Shown piece by piece: positions 49,094 through 58,264 of a DNA stretch of 64,000 nucleotides. The notes under the pieces are model-generated. The model was not told the origin of the DNA. It worked only from the letters and a program-made list of their open reading frames with translations, and ran no database searches. Every line of letters starts with the position of its first letter. Position 1 is the stretch's first letter. A program made the position numbers and the translations under genes. Origin of the DNA: a virus; the IMG/VR virus record IMGVR_UViG_3300044675_005311, positions 8,653 through 72,652 of that record. The stretch is one strand, 5' to 3'.

Positions 49094-49278
49094 AACGCGC
49101 CATATTCAAAACAATAACCTACCGAATTTTTGGTAGTATTAGCACCTTTGCGATTACCTATCTTTTTACGGGTGAAATGCGAACTAGTGCAATTGTTGGG
49201 GTTTCCGAATTGCTATGGAAACCCATTTTATACTTAGCACACGAACTCGTTTGGGAAAAACTACCCGAAAAACGATAG
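49090..49278 (+). CDS. DUF2061-like membrane protein
   Basis: KTITYRIFG...LYLAHELVW. Confidence 0.75.
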   Translation: MKRAIFKTITYRIFGSISTFAITYLFTGEMRTSAIVGVSELLWKPILYLAHELVWEKLPEKR

Positions 49279-49320
49279 TATTGTTTAATCAATAGAATAG
49301 TATATTTTTGCAATGACCTT

Positions 49321-49602
49321 ATGTTATTGCTTAGTAGAACTATGTCTATTCAAAAAGAGAACGAATTTACCACCTCCGCGTTATGGACGTGGTTTTTAAG
49401 AATCACGATGGGCGTGGTTTCTTTTTTAATTGTAGAGTTATATCAAGACTTAAAGACTTTGATGGTGTCGGTGAACGATATGAAAATTATGGTAGCCGAA
49501 CAAAAGAAGGATATTGAGTACTTGAAAGACAATTATCAAGACTTTAGGGAAGATTCTAGAGCAACAAAGGTCACACTAACTAAAATGGAGGAAACAAAAT
49601 GA
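49321..49602 (+). CDS. TM plus coiled-coil protein (start may be 49342)
   Basis: Single TM; promoter TATTTTTG at 49303-49310. Confidence 0.6.
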   Translation: MLLLSRTMSIQKENEFTTSALWTWFLRITMGVVSFLIVELYQDLKTLMVSVNDMKIMVAEQKKDIEYLKDNYQDFREDSRATKVTLTKMEETK

Positions 49603-49904
49603 TAGACCCTATAACACTAACCGCACTACTAAAAACTGTCGGCGACACGGGAGTTGGAATTTATAACGCTAAACAACAAGCCAAAATACAAGAAAAGTTG
49701 GGTTTGTTGACTTTGGAGGAACAAGCGAAACTAAACGCCCAACTACTTAAAACCCAAGACAAGAATGCGAAACTTGCATTGATTGAAAATACTATCAAAG
49801 AGAAGGAGAGAACTAAAAGGCTACCCTTGTACATTGGTATCGGTGTTTTCGTATTGGTGTTAGGTGTAGCGACTTTCGTATTGCTACGTCGTAAAAAGGC
49901 TTAA
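49599..49904 (+). CDS. Membrane protein
   Basis: C-terminal TM plus RRKK. Confidence 0.7.
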   Translation: MIDPITLTALLKTVGDTGVGIYNAKQQAKIQEKLGLLTLEEQAKLNAQLLKTQDKNAKLALIENTIKEKERTKRLPLYIGIGVFVLVLGVATFVLLRRKKA

Positions 49905-49910
49905 CCACAA

Positions 49911-50231
49911 ATGACTATCCCACAAAACATAAAAGAGGGTTTGATTATCGTCGGCATAGTTGTCGTCGGTCTTTGGATTTTATTGCCCAAAGCCAAAAAA
50001 GGAATCAACTCACCTAAAGTTGCGGATGACAAAAAGTTAAAAGACATCGACAACGCGAAAGTGGTGTTGGATGCTTACTTGAATGCGGTTGAAGCGGGAG
50101 AGCGTAAATCCGAATTAGACAAATTAAACTCAATCTTTGCCGATGAATATGGGTTGCGTGTTTTCCGTACAAAAGACGGAAAGTATGTAGCGCGTACATC
50201 TAGCGGTAAGGATGTATTAATGACGAAGTAA
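49911..50231 (+). CDS. N-terminal TM protein
   Basis: GLIIVGIVVVGLWILLPK. Confidence 0.7.
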   Translation: MTIPQNIKEGLIIVGIVVVGLWILLPKAKKGINSPKVADDKKLKDIDNAKVVLDAYLNAVEAGERKSELDKLNSIFADEYGLRVFRTKDGKYVARTSSGKDVLMTK

Positions 50232-50680
50232 TGGCAACCACTATTGCACCTATAATTAACGTGGCCACGTCGCCTATTGTAAGCGTTACGGGGGCAAGTG
50301 GTGTTTCATACGATAGCATTAACAATTCTATTGGTATGTCGATGTTCTATAAGGTCAATTCTATTTACCAATACGCGACTAACCTACAACAATTGCTATC
50401 GCCCGTTGTATTAAAGAAGTTTGACAAAGTAGGTAATAGACAAAATACGACCTTGCAAATGACGATTGACCCGTATCAAGACCAAGCATCGTTGACACAA
50501 GAAATGTTGGGTTACAATTACGCGTTTGATAGTAACAATGCTTTCTTTCCTTTTATCTTGGCAAATACGACTGTGAATTACCAAATCAAAGTAACGGAAC
50601 TCACGGCAAGTCAATTTTTATCGGGTGCTAGTAACTTCGATAACATCGAGTTTCTACAAGATTACATTAATGATTTTTAA
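50231..50680 (+). CDS. Paralog of putative capsid protein (minor capsid/penton candidate)
   Basis: Shares QLL...D..GN, TIDPYQ.Q and ILA.TTVN with 34387. Confidence 0.65.
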   Translation: MATTIAPIINVATSPIVSVTGASGVSYDSINNSIGMSMFYKVNSIYQYATNLQQLLSPVVLKKFDKVGNRQNTTLQMTIDPYQDQASLTQEMLGYNYAFDSNNAFFPFILANTTVNYQIKVTELTASQFLSGASNFDNIEFLQDYINDF

Positions 50681-50725
50681 TTATATTTGAACAAACAATT
50701 AAACTAAAACAAAAACTATACTATT

Positions 50726-51037
50726 ATGGCAATTCAAATTGACAAAACATTAACTACGCAAGAAGGTTTCGTAGTTGACCAATGCTTCGGCTTTCTTTCT
50801 ATCTATCTTTTAGATAGTTCTTGGGTGAACATCGCTTACTACAAGAGCGAAGCGGACTTTGAAGCGGGTAAGCAATCCTTGAACATTCAAGAATTACCCT
50901 CACGTTGCGGTTTAACTTTAAGCGCACAACAATTTTGGGGTAACGCTTTGGCTTCGGACATCACCAACCAATGTATCGCTCAAATCGAAGCGGTTATCGG
51001 TGCGGGTACTTGCACAATCATCACTTTAGAGCCTTAA
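50726..51037 (+). CDS. Fibre-associated hypothetical protein
   Basis: MAIQIDKTLTT..G; promoter TATATTTG at 50682-50689. Confidence 0.65.
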   Translation: MAIQIDKTLTTQEGFVVDQCFGFLSIYLLDSSWVNIAYYKSEADFEAGKQSLNIQELPSRCGLTLSAQQFWGNALASDITNQCIAQIEAVIGAGTCTIITLEP

Positions 51038-51041
51038 TCTA

Positions 51042-51308
51042 ATGCCGACTAACACATTTCAAGGATTCAACGCTTCGGATGTAACGCCAAGCGATTCAAC
51101 GAACATTACTCTCGGTGGTACAATCATCGATGGACTTGACAATGGTGTTTGTTTGTATGTTGGTTCGGGCGGTGACATCAAAGTCACAATGATAGGCGGT
51201 CAAACAGTGACTTTTGCAAACGTACCAAATGGTTCTTTTTTACCCATTCAAGTAAACAAGGTATTTGCAACGGGAACGGGTGCTAGTGACATATTAGCAC
51301 TATATTGA
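51042..51308 (+). CDS. Spike-base protein (Rcc01079-like)
   Basis: VTPSD, LYVGSGGDIKV, VTFANVPNG..LPIQV.KV.ATGT.A..I.AL. Confidence 0.75.
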   Translation: MPTNTFQGFNASDVTPSDSTNITLGGTIIDGLDNGVCLYVGSGGDIKVTMIGGQTVTFANVPNGSFLPIQVNKVFATGTGASDILALY

Positions 51309-51309
51309 T

Positions 51310-51462
51310 ATGCCTATCGTAATAGGAATGGGAAACGCTATTGGGTGGACATCCGTTGATGCGGATGCCCCCTTAGAGTTTAGTTTCCTTTTATGGCAAG
51401 AAACCGCCGATTTTCTCCTCATTGATAGTGGGGGAGGAAGGATATTGCTATTTAACCCATAA
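51310..51462 (+). CDS. 50-aa spike adaptor candidate (not in ORF track)
   Basis: MPIVIGMGNAIG...FLLWQETADFLLIDSGGGRILL; fills the gap between spike base and fibre. Confidence 0.55.
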   Translation: MPIVIGMGNAIGWTSVDADAPLEFSFLLWQETADFLLIDSGGGRILLFNP

Positions 51463-51488
51463 TACTATCGCTTAATTAAGAAAAGAAA

Positions 51489-54400
51489 ATGAGTACTAAC
51501 AAAACCATTGGTGGACTTTCCGTCCTATCAAGTGCTAATATAAAAGGATGCTATTCGTTACCCGTATGGAATAGTGATGCGGAAACTACACAAAGCGCGT
51601 GTATTACGGATATTCTAGCGGGTGTATCTTCAATTTATACATTAGGAAGCGGGACTTGTTCTTCGCTTCGTTGTGGGGTAAGCAACACCGCAAGTGGTAA
51701 TTACTCGGCATCGTTAGGAGGTCGTTTGAATTGCGCTACGGGAGTATTCTCTTCGGTTGTTGGTGGTTGTGCAAACAAGTCAATAGGTTACGGCTCTTCT
51801 ATTGGAGGTGGTGTAAATAATTGTGTTTCACTTGCTTGTTATTCAACAATTGGTGGAGGAGTAAATAATTTTATAAATATTCCATATGGAACTTCTACGG
51901 GGTCATTTATTGGGGCGGGTTCGGGAAATACCATTTGTTCAAATTGTGCTTTTATTGGCGGGGGGTCGGGAAATGTAGTAACAGGTAATGATGGTTTTCA
52001 AGTCATTACGGGGGGGCAAAATAATAATATTAACGCAGCGGGATATTCTTTTATTGGTAATGGATTGTCTAATAGCATTGCGGGTGGCGGATTAGGATTT
52101 AATGTTATTGGAGGGGGAAGAACTAATACCGCAAGTGGTGGGTATGCCCTAATTACTGGTGGTTTATCAAATACCGCCACGGGAATTTCGTCCGCTATTT
52201 TAGGAGGAGGAAGTAACACCGCAAGTGGTGCTTGTTCAATCGTTGGTGGTGGTAATATTAACTGTGCTACATCAAATTGGTCATCAGTAGTAGGAGGGGA
52301 AAATAACAGGGCTACGAATTCATTATCTTCTGTTGTAGGCGGATTTGGAAATATTGCATCAGGTTATGCAAGTTCAATAAGTGGTGGAGTAAGTAATAAT
52401 ACAACTTGTCATAATTCTTTTATTGGTAATGGTAAATTAAATACTGCAAGTAATTATTATGCAGCAGTAGTAGGAGGATGCGGTAATATAGCATCGGGTA
52501 ATAGTTCAATAATTGCAGGTGGTCGTTGTAACGTAACTACGGGGTCATTTTCGGGAATTTTAGCGGGTCAATTAAATTGCGCCACAAATTCTTGGTCATC
52601 GGTTTTAGGTGGTTGTAACAATTGCGCCACGGGAGTATTCTCATCGGTAGTTGGCGGTTGTGGAAACCAAGCCACGGGTTATGGTAGTTTTGTTGGGGGT
52701 GGTATAAGTAACTGCGCCACGGGTCAATGTTCAACTGTATTGGGTGGTTTTTGCTCTAAAGCCACGGGAGATTGTTCTACGGCATTAGGAGTTCAATCTT
52801 GTGCTACAAGTCTTAGTAATGCCTTTGGTATTCAAGCAAGGGCAACGGGATTTAATTCATTGGCAATAGGAACTTCTGCTAGTGCTACAAGTACGGGTGG
52901 TGTTGCTTTAGGTATTAATGTTCAGACCGCAAGTGGCATAGCAATAGGGTCTAGTGCGTTATCAAGCGGTTTGGGTTCAATTGCAATAGGTGAATCAACA
53001 GCATCAGGGGGTTGTGCGGTTGCAATAGGTGCTTTCAACTGTGCAACTGGACTAGGTGCATTAGTTATTGGAGGTAATTGCAACAAAGCCCTTGGTTCTC
53101 CATATAGTTCCGTAACGGGCGGTTTTTCAAATTGCGCGGTTGGTTGTTTGTCTTTCATTGGCGGTGGTCGTAACAATTTAGCGTGTGGCGTTTGTTCTTT
53201 CATAGGAGGTGGTCACGATAATACGACTACGGGTCGTGATAGCGGTGTGGCGTTTGGTCATACTAACATTGCGGGTGGATGTTGTTCGGCGGTTTTAGGA
53301 GGTAATAACAATTGCGCGTGTGGAATTAGGTCAATCGTTGTAGGAGGATTTTCAAACGCTTCTACTTGTGATGATTCGGTTGTTGTTGGCGGTTATGATA
53401 ATTTATCAAGTGGGGCGGAAAGTTTTGTAGGCGGTGGTTGTGTAAACCAAGCAACAAACAATTGGTCATCCGTTTTAGGCGGTTGTGTTAACTGCGCCAC
53501 GGGAGTATTCTCATCGGTAGTAGGTGGTTGTGGGAATAGAGTAAGCCAATATGGTGGATTTGTTGGAGGAGGTATTGGAAATAATGTGTGCCTTGTTTAT
53601 ACTGCTGATTTAGGACTAGGTAATCAAGGCGTAATTGTCGGTGGTAACAATAATACAGTTTGTAGATTTGGAGGAATCCTTACGGGGAATACTAATAGTG
53701 TATATAACGGAGGTGTTGTTTTACAAGGTTCAAATAATTTTGCACAAAATGGTGGAACAGTGTTAAGCGGGTATTCAAGTTGTGCAAATGGAGGTAATAG
53801 CATCGCAAATGGTCAATGTGTTTGTGCATTGGGAGGTTTTAGCATTGCAAATGGTTTATTGTCAACCGCAAGTTGTAATTATTCTTTTGCTTGGGGTAGA
53901 AATCAATCGGCAAGTTGTAAATCAATGGCTTTTGGTGGATTTAATACCGCGAGTGGTTGTTATTCTATTGCCTTAGGAGGCGCATTTTCACAAGGACATC
54001 AAGTAACGGGAAATTATAGTAATGTAGTTGGGGGTCAAAATAATTGCACTACAAATACATATACATCGGTATTAGGTGGATGTGGTAATACGGCATCGGC
54101 ATACGCTTCAAGTGTATTGGGTGGATATGGAAATATCGCTTGTGGTTGTTTTTCATCAACGATAGGTTCAAATTCTTTGGCTTACTTATATGGTCAAAAC
54201 GCTTTGGCAAGTGGTCAATTTAGTGCTAGGGGTGATGCTCAATCTTCTACATTGATAAGTCGTAGGTCGGCGGGTTCTTTAACAAGTGGTGCGACTATGA
54301 CACTTTCGTTGGATGGAACGGGTACTACCAACTTAATTATTCCACCAACGGGTAAAACTTGGGCGGTAAAAATTCAATATGCATCGAGAGTAGTAGGTGT

Positions 54401-54674
54401 TTCGGGTTCGGCTACGGGTGTTACCAACAACGATAGTAAAACACAAACACAAGAAATTGGTGTTAAAAACATCGGTGGCGTGACTACAATCCTTTCGGGT
54501 TCTCCTAACAATGGTATAGCCCTTGAAGACCCAAGTATGAACACGGCATCTATGAGTTATAGCGTAGGCGGAAGTAATGAAATAGTAATGACGTTCACCG
54601 CCCCAATATTTGCGGGTGGCGGAAGTTTGACTATAAAAGCGGTTGCAACATTAAGTATCACGGAGGTTCTATAA
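51489..54674 (+). CDS. Long Cys/Gly-rich beta-helical fibre
   Basis: Repeats S(S/F)(V/I)xGGxxNxAxG; NCATGVFSSVVGGC occurs three times. Confidence 0.8.
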   Translation: MSTNKTIGGLSVLSSANIKGCYSLPVWNSDAETTQSACITDILAGVSSIYTLGSGTCSSLRCGVSNTASGNYSASLGGRLNCATGVFSSVVGGCANKSIGYGSSIGGGVNNCVSLACYSTIGGGVNNFINIPYGTSTGSFIGAGSGNTICSNCAFIGGGSGNVVTGNDGFQVITGGQNNNINAAGYSFIGNGLSNSIAGGGLGFNVIGGGRTNTASGGYALITGGLSNTATGISSAILGGGSNTASGACSIVGGGNINCATSNWSSVVGGENNRATNSLSSVVGGFGNIASGYASSISGGVSNNTTCHNSFIGNGKLNTASNYYAAVVGGCGNIASGNSSIIAGGRCNVTTGSFSGILAGQLNCATNSWSSVLGGCNNCATGVFSSVVGGCGNQATGYGSFVGGGISNCATGQCSTVLGGFCSKATGDCSTALGVQSCATSLSNAFGIQARATGFNSLAIGTSASATSTGGVALGINVQTASGIAIGSSALSSGLGSIAIGESTASGGCAVAIGAFNCATGLGALVIGGNCNKALGSPYSSVTGGFSNCAVGCLSFIGGGRNNLACGVCSFIGGGHDNTTTGRDSGVAFGHTNIAGGCCSAVLGGNNNCACGIRSIVVGGFSNASTCDDSVVVGGYDNLSSGAESFVGGGCVNQATNNWSSVLGGCVNCATGVFSSVVGGCGNRVSQYGGFVGGGIGNNVCLVYTADLGLGNQGVIVGGNNNTVCRFGGILTGNTNSVYNGGVVLQGSNNFAQNGGTVLSGYSSCANGGNSIANGQCVCALGGFSIANGLLSTASCNYSFAWGRNQSASCKSMAFGGFNTASGCYSIALGGAFSQGHQVTGNYSNVVGGQNNCTTNTYTSVLGGCGNTASAYASSVLGGYGNIACGCFSSTIGSNSLAYLYGQNALASGQFSARGDAQSSTLISRRSAGSLTSGATMTLSLDGTGTTNLIIPPTGKTWAVKIQYASRVVGVSGSATGVTNNDSKTQTQEIGVKNIGGVTTILSGSPNNGIALEDPSMNTASMSYSVGGSNEIVMTFTAPIFAGGGSLTIKAVATLSITEVL

Positions 54675-54677
54675 TAT

Positions 54678-55034
54678 ATGCCCACCAAGGAAATAAATAT
54701 AAGTGTCACCAACACCCAAGCGTACACAACGCAAATTTCTATCTTTGGTGGGCCACAAGACCCGAATAAAAATAGTGTCAATGCGTTCACGTCTTACACT
54801 TGGGACACCAACTTAGTAAACTTTTCGGCAAACTATTCATTTACAATTGAATCTAAGCGTTCTTTTGAGCCAACATTCACAATCATAGAGGGAACTATGA
54901 GAAACTCTTTCCTAGGACTTGTGTATGGCTTAAATCAATTAAATATTGGTATGTTTTGGTACGACACGGCTAGTAGTACAATATATGCTAGTTCGGATGC
55001 GTTCGTATTTGGCAATTTGGTATTCCCCGTGTAA
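54678..55034 (+). CDS. Beta-rich structural protein, N-terminus resembles capsid first strands
   Basis: INISVTNT...ISIFG vs YIITVTNT...FDILG in 34387. Confidence 0.55.
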   Translation: MPTKEINISVTNTQAYTTQISIFGGPQDPNKNSVNAFTSYTWDTNLVNFSANYSFTIESKRSFEPTFTIIEGTMRNSFLGLVYGLNQLNIGMFWYDTASSTIYASSDAFVFGNLVFPV

Positions 55035-55040
55035 AAAAAT

Positions 55041-55067
55041 AAAACCACCTTTTTTAAGGGTGGTTTT
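55041..55067. terminator. Bidirectional terminator between convergent blocks
   Basis: AAAACCACCTTT/AAGGGTGGTTTT inverted repeat. Confidence 0.75.
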
Positions 55068-55155
55068 GAAGAAGGAACAGTCACTTCAAAAAAGAAAGTG
55101 AATAAATCAAACATAGTAGTTTTATTACTTCACTATCGGAATCTACATCACAAAT

Positions 55156-55929
55156 TTACATCGTATCTATTAGATTATCATATATTGAGGCGACTTTTTG
55201 TTCCTCAACAACGATTTGGTTATCCTCATCCAACGATAGGATTTTACCGCCCTCAACCGCATCGTCATACTTAACCGCCATCTTACCTACATAGTCCTTG
55301 GGGAGTAGTTTTGCCAATTGCTTCAACACAATCTTTTTAACCATCCACAAGTTTGGGTCTTTCTTTTGATTCCAATATAAGTCGTTGGGGTTCTTACCCG
55401 AATCTATATGCGATTGTAGTTCCGCTTTGCTCATCACCTTGAATTGTTTTGAGCCGTTTGATAGCGTGGCAACCACATAGACATAAGTAAGCGTAAATGC
55501 GTTCCTAATGGGGTCTTTTGGCCTATGTATTAACTTGGGTTCTAATCCCAACTCATATTCAAAGTCATCGCCCTCACAAACGATTTCCGCGCTAATGGAT
55601 TTTACCAACCCACTACGAAGTAGAATTGTTACAATACCTTGGTAGCCAATGATAGGTTTGATAGCATCCTTGAAAGGCACAAAGTAAAATTCGCCAAGGG
55701 TGTCACTCGGCATTAAACCCAATTGGGCGCAAAAAATAATACTAGCAAACAATGACGATGGGTTCTTTACAAACGCATCCATCATCTTGGGGTTCTTTTT
55801 GATTTCCGTTAACACCACTTGCTTGAATTGAGCCGTGTTGATGTTGTGGCTTGATAGTAAGTCTTTGAATACTTTTTGTTCGTAAACATCCATTTGGGAA
55901 TTAAGGAGGGATAGGGTTTCTTTGCTCAT
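55156..55929 (-). CDS. recT: RecT recombinase
   Basis: SLFASIIFCAQLGL.P..LGEFYFVPF, IGYQG, VCEGDDFEYELG, MVKKIVLKQLAK.LP. Confidence 0.9.
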   Translation of the reverse strand: MSKETLSLLNSQMDVYEQKVFKDLLSSHNINTAQFKQVVLTEIKKNPKMMDAFVKNPSSLFASIIFCAQLGLMPSDTLGEFYFVPFKDAIKPIIGYQGIVTILLRSGLVKSISAEIVCEGDDFEYELGLEPKLIHRPKDPIRNAFTLTYVYVVATLSNGSKQFKVMSKAELQSHIDSGKNPNDLYWNQKKDPNLWMVKKIVLKQLAKLLPKDYVGKMAVKYDDAVEGGKILSLDEDNQIVVEEQKVASIYDNLIDTM

Positions 55930-56108
55930 TTTTCTATTATTAGTTTTTTGGTTTCTTTTAGTAGTCGCTCTTCGGATAAATCTTCGGGGGTGAATCCGTT
56001 CTTATTCATTTTAGCATCTAGTTGTATTAACTTGGCTTCAATGATGCCCCGCGCTTGTATTTTGGTATGACGGCTCATTAACGCCTCAAAATATTCTTGT
56101 GCGCTCAT
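55926..56108 (-). CDS. Small hypothetical protein
   Basis: Coupled ORF starting MSAQEYF. Confidence 0.55.
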   Translation of the reverse strand: MSAQEYFEALMSRHTKIQARGIIEAKLIQLDAKMNKNGFTPEDLSEERLLKETKKLIIEK

Positions 56109-56413
56109 TATTTGCATTTGGCGTTAAATGTTTCAATGATTGTGTTGGTGAATAGTCCGTAACGGACTTCGTAGCAAACCGAATCACCCATATCAATCAA
56201 CGGGTAGTCTTCTTCTTGGGTTTGTACATCCACAATACCGCTATCTCCTTTGACATAAATACGATAAAACCTTTTGCCATCCGCGCCTTGTAGCGTGTGT
56301 TTGCCGTGTGATACACCGCACTTTTTTGTGCATTGACCTCCGAAAGCGTTAACCAAAGAAAACACCGCAAAAAGGCCAATACAAATCATAATGAATCTAA
56401 TTATTTTTTCCAT
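56108..56413 (-). CDS. TM plus OB-like hypothetical protein
   Basis: MEKIIRFIMICIGLFAVFSLV; YPLIDMGDSV. Confidence 0.55.
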   Translation of the reverse strand: MEKIIRFIMICIGLFAVFSLVNAFGGQCTKKCGVSHGKHTLQGADGKRFYRIYVKGDSGIVDVQTQEEDYPLIDMGDSVCYEVRYGLFTNTIIETFNAKCK

Positions 56414-56417
56414 AGTC

Positions 56418-57218
56418 TTAATAGTAAATTGGTACAATATTAGGGAGTAAGGATGCACTTGGGCAAGTGTCTACAAGGGGGCAATCCATACATTTTTGTA
56501 AAGACGGCCTTGCCTTAAACGAATCGTTTTGAACCATTGCATTAAAAGTTTCGTACACTTGGTTCACCGCCCGTTTATGGATTTCGGTTTTGGTGTCGTC
56601 AATGATTTCTTTAAACACCCGCACGTCGCGTGGGTCTTGCGTAGCAAACACCCAAAAGTAAAAGTCAACGGGTTCACCAAGGATTTGTTCGGCTAAGATT
56701 GAGTAGTGGACACCTTGCATCATAATCTTGTCTTTTTGGCCAAGAAAGTCTTGATGCCACCCCATATCATTCCACTTGTCGTCTACCAACCCACTATACT
56801 TTAAGTCAATGATAGCATACCTACCATCCCACTTTACAAGTAGGTCGGCCGTGCCTCTCATTTTATCGTGTTCCATTTTCCAACCCACCTCGACTATTTC
56901 AATGTTCCAAGTTTTGATAAGGGCTTCAAATAGTTGCGCACTACCATTCGCCCGTTCGTATGCGGTTGATAGTTTCTCGTTGGCTTTGCCTTTGTACACA
57001 AATTCCGCTTCGGGAGGTGTGCCATCGCCGTAAGCGGGAAGTCCGCCCGTTGCGATATACTCAAAGTATTGTCCTAGGCGCATCGCATCGCTAGAGGGAA
57101 ATTGAATCCCGTCAACGTGTTTTGCTTTTAATACCAACCCACACTCGTTTCCTTGCGTGTAGTCGGATAGGCTTTTCATTAGCGATTGGCTAACTTTAAT
57201 TAGTCCATTGTTGTCCAT
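56418..57218 (-). CDS. PD-(D/E)XK nuclease (RecE/Cas4/AddB-like)
   Basis: SQSLMK, GTADL...IIDLKYS, QGVHY, C-terminal CxxC....C; same block as RecT. Confidence 0.8.
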   Translation of the reverse strand: MDNNGLIKVSQSLMKSLSDYTQGNECGLVLKAKHVDGIQFPSSDAMRLGQYFEYIATGGLPAYGDGTPPEAEFVYKGKANEKLSTAYERANGSAQLFEALIKTWNIEIVEVGWKMEHDKMRGTADLLVKWDGRYAIIDLKYSGLVDDKWNDMGWHQDFLGQKDKIMMQGVHYSILAEQILGEPVDFYFWVFATQDPRDVRVFKEIIDDTKTEIHKRAVNQVYETFNAMVQNDSFKARPSLQKCMDCPLVDTCPSASLLPNIVPIYY

Positions 57219-57435
57219 TCCAAGTGTATGTTTGATTGTTTTGTGTCTTTTCGGAAACCCCCGCCACCAATGTTTCGGTGGTTTCAAGGCGTATGTTCAT
57301 AATCGTATAACCGCGTTCCATATAAGTCGGGTCGTTGCAAATATCTTCAAGTTTTGTACGGGCGGAAAGTTTGTTGGTCGCCTCAATGCTAATCGGTTTA
57401 TCAATATCGTTAAAGTAGTACCGATAGCGTTTCAT
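57196..57435 (-). CDS. Hypothetical protein
   Basis: In-operon ORF. Confidence 0.55.
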   Translation of the reverse strand: MKRYRYYFNDIDKPISIEATNKLSARTKLEDICNDPTYMERGYTIMNIRLETTETLVAGVSEKTQNNQTYTWNGQQWTN

Positions 57436-57564
57436 TTAGTAGTATTTTAAGCAATTGTTAATCGTGGTATAAGATGTAGTTTTGGAAATGCGTCCGTAAG
57501 GCTCGTGTTGTCAAAAAAAAGGGGAATAGGAGAGCCACCCTATCCCCTTTTAAAAAAGAGTCCG

Positions 57565-58008
57565 TTACCAAGAAGTAACGGAAATTGTCGGTTGATAATT
57601 GTCAAAAAAATCCTTTTCAAGAAATGAAACGTGTTGTTTCAAAATCTCGATAGGTAAAGTGTAGTCACTAAACTCTTGACCACCCTCTTCACTTTCGATG
57701 TTACCAAAAATCAAAGCGTTTCCGCAAAAGGGTTGTTCCATTGAACCCAACTTGAATCCACCCTTGATAGGTCGGTAAAGACCCTCTTCGTCGACCCACA
57801 TAGAGTCGCCGTGGCGTTGATTTCTTGCGGGGGCAAAAGTCATCCCGATTTGAACCATATCGCAACCATTTCCGATTGCATCATACATACCTTGAAGTCC
57901 ATTAGACGCGACTTCTACTTCGTAAATTCTGCGTGAGGCAACATCAATCTTGATGGCCTTCACAATAGGTGAGGAACTCATTTCTTTTTTATCTTGTTTT
58001 TCAATCAC
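57565..58008 (-). CDS. DUF3846-like protein
   Basis: LQGMYDAIG.GC..VQ...MWVDEEGL...GNALIFG; GTG start 4 nt after promoter. Confidence 0.7.
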   Translation of the reverse strand: MIEKQDKKEMSSSPIVKAIKIDVASRRIYEVEVASNGLQGMYDAIGNGCDMVQIGMTFAPARNQRHGDSMWVDEEGLYRPIKGGFKLGSMEQPFCGNALIFGNIESEEGGQEFSDYTLPIEILKQHVSFLEKDFFDNYQPTISVTSW

Positions 58009-58012
58009 AATT

Positions 58013-58040
58013 CAAAACTAAGGTTATTTTTGAGAATAAC
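58013..58040 (-). promoter_or_regulatory. Operator (58023-58040) plus -7 element TAGTTTTG (58013-58020)
   Basis: GTTATTTT-TG-AGAATAAC; same layout as the 4516 and 7519 sites. Confidence 0.7.
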
Positions 58041-58051
58041 AATAAAATAAA

Positions 58052-58264
58052 TCAAAAACTTTGTGAATGGACGTTTCTTTTAGTGAGTTTACGCTTTTGC
58101 TCATTTTTGAACTCTAGCATCACCCGTCCGAACTCTTCCATTTTAGGATTGAAAGTGTCTTTGGGAAACATTTGGTTGTACCATTCTTCAAAGCGCGGGG
58201 CTTCTTGGATTTCTTGAGAGGGTTGCTTGAATAAGCGTTGGGTTAGGGAGAGTATATTTTTCAT
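58052..58264 (-). CDS. Small hypothetical protein
   Basis: ATGA overlap with upstream gene. Confidence 0.55.
   Translation of the reverse strand: MKNILSLTQRLFKQPSQEIQEAPRFEEWYNQMFPKDTFNPKMEEFGRVMLEFKNEQKRKLTKRNVHSQSF

Noticed and set aside
332-54790. Numerous minus-strand ORFs in the track (e.g. 332-760, 2130-2555, 25218-25631, 45615-46118)
   Set aside because: Antisense shadows of well-supported plus-strand genes, with no motifs or promoters
56418-57218. Cas4 as part of a CRISPR-Cas system
   Set aside because: No other cas genes; the RecT context fits a recombination exonuclease
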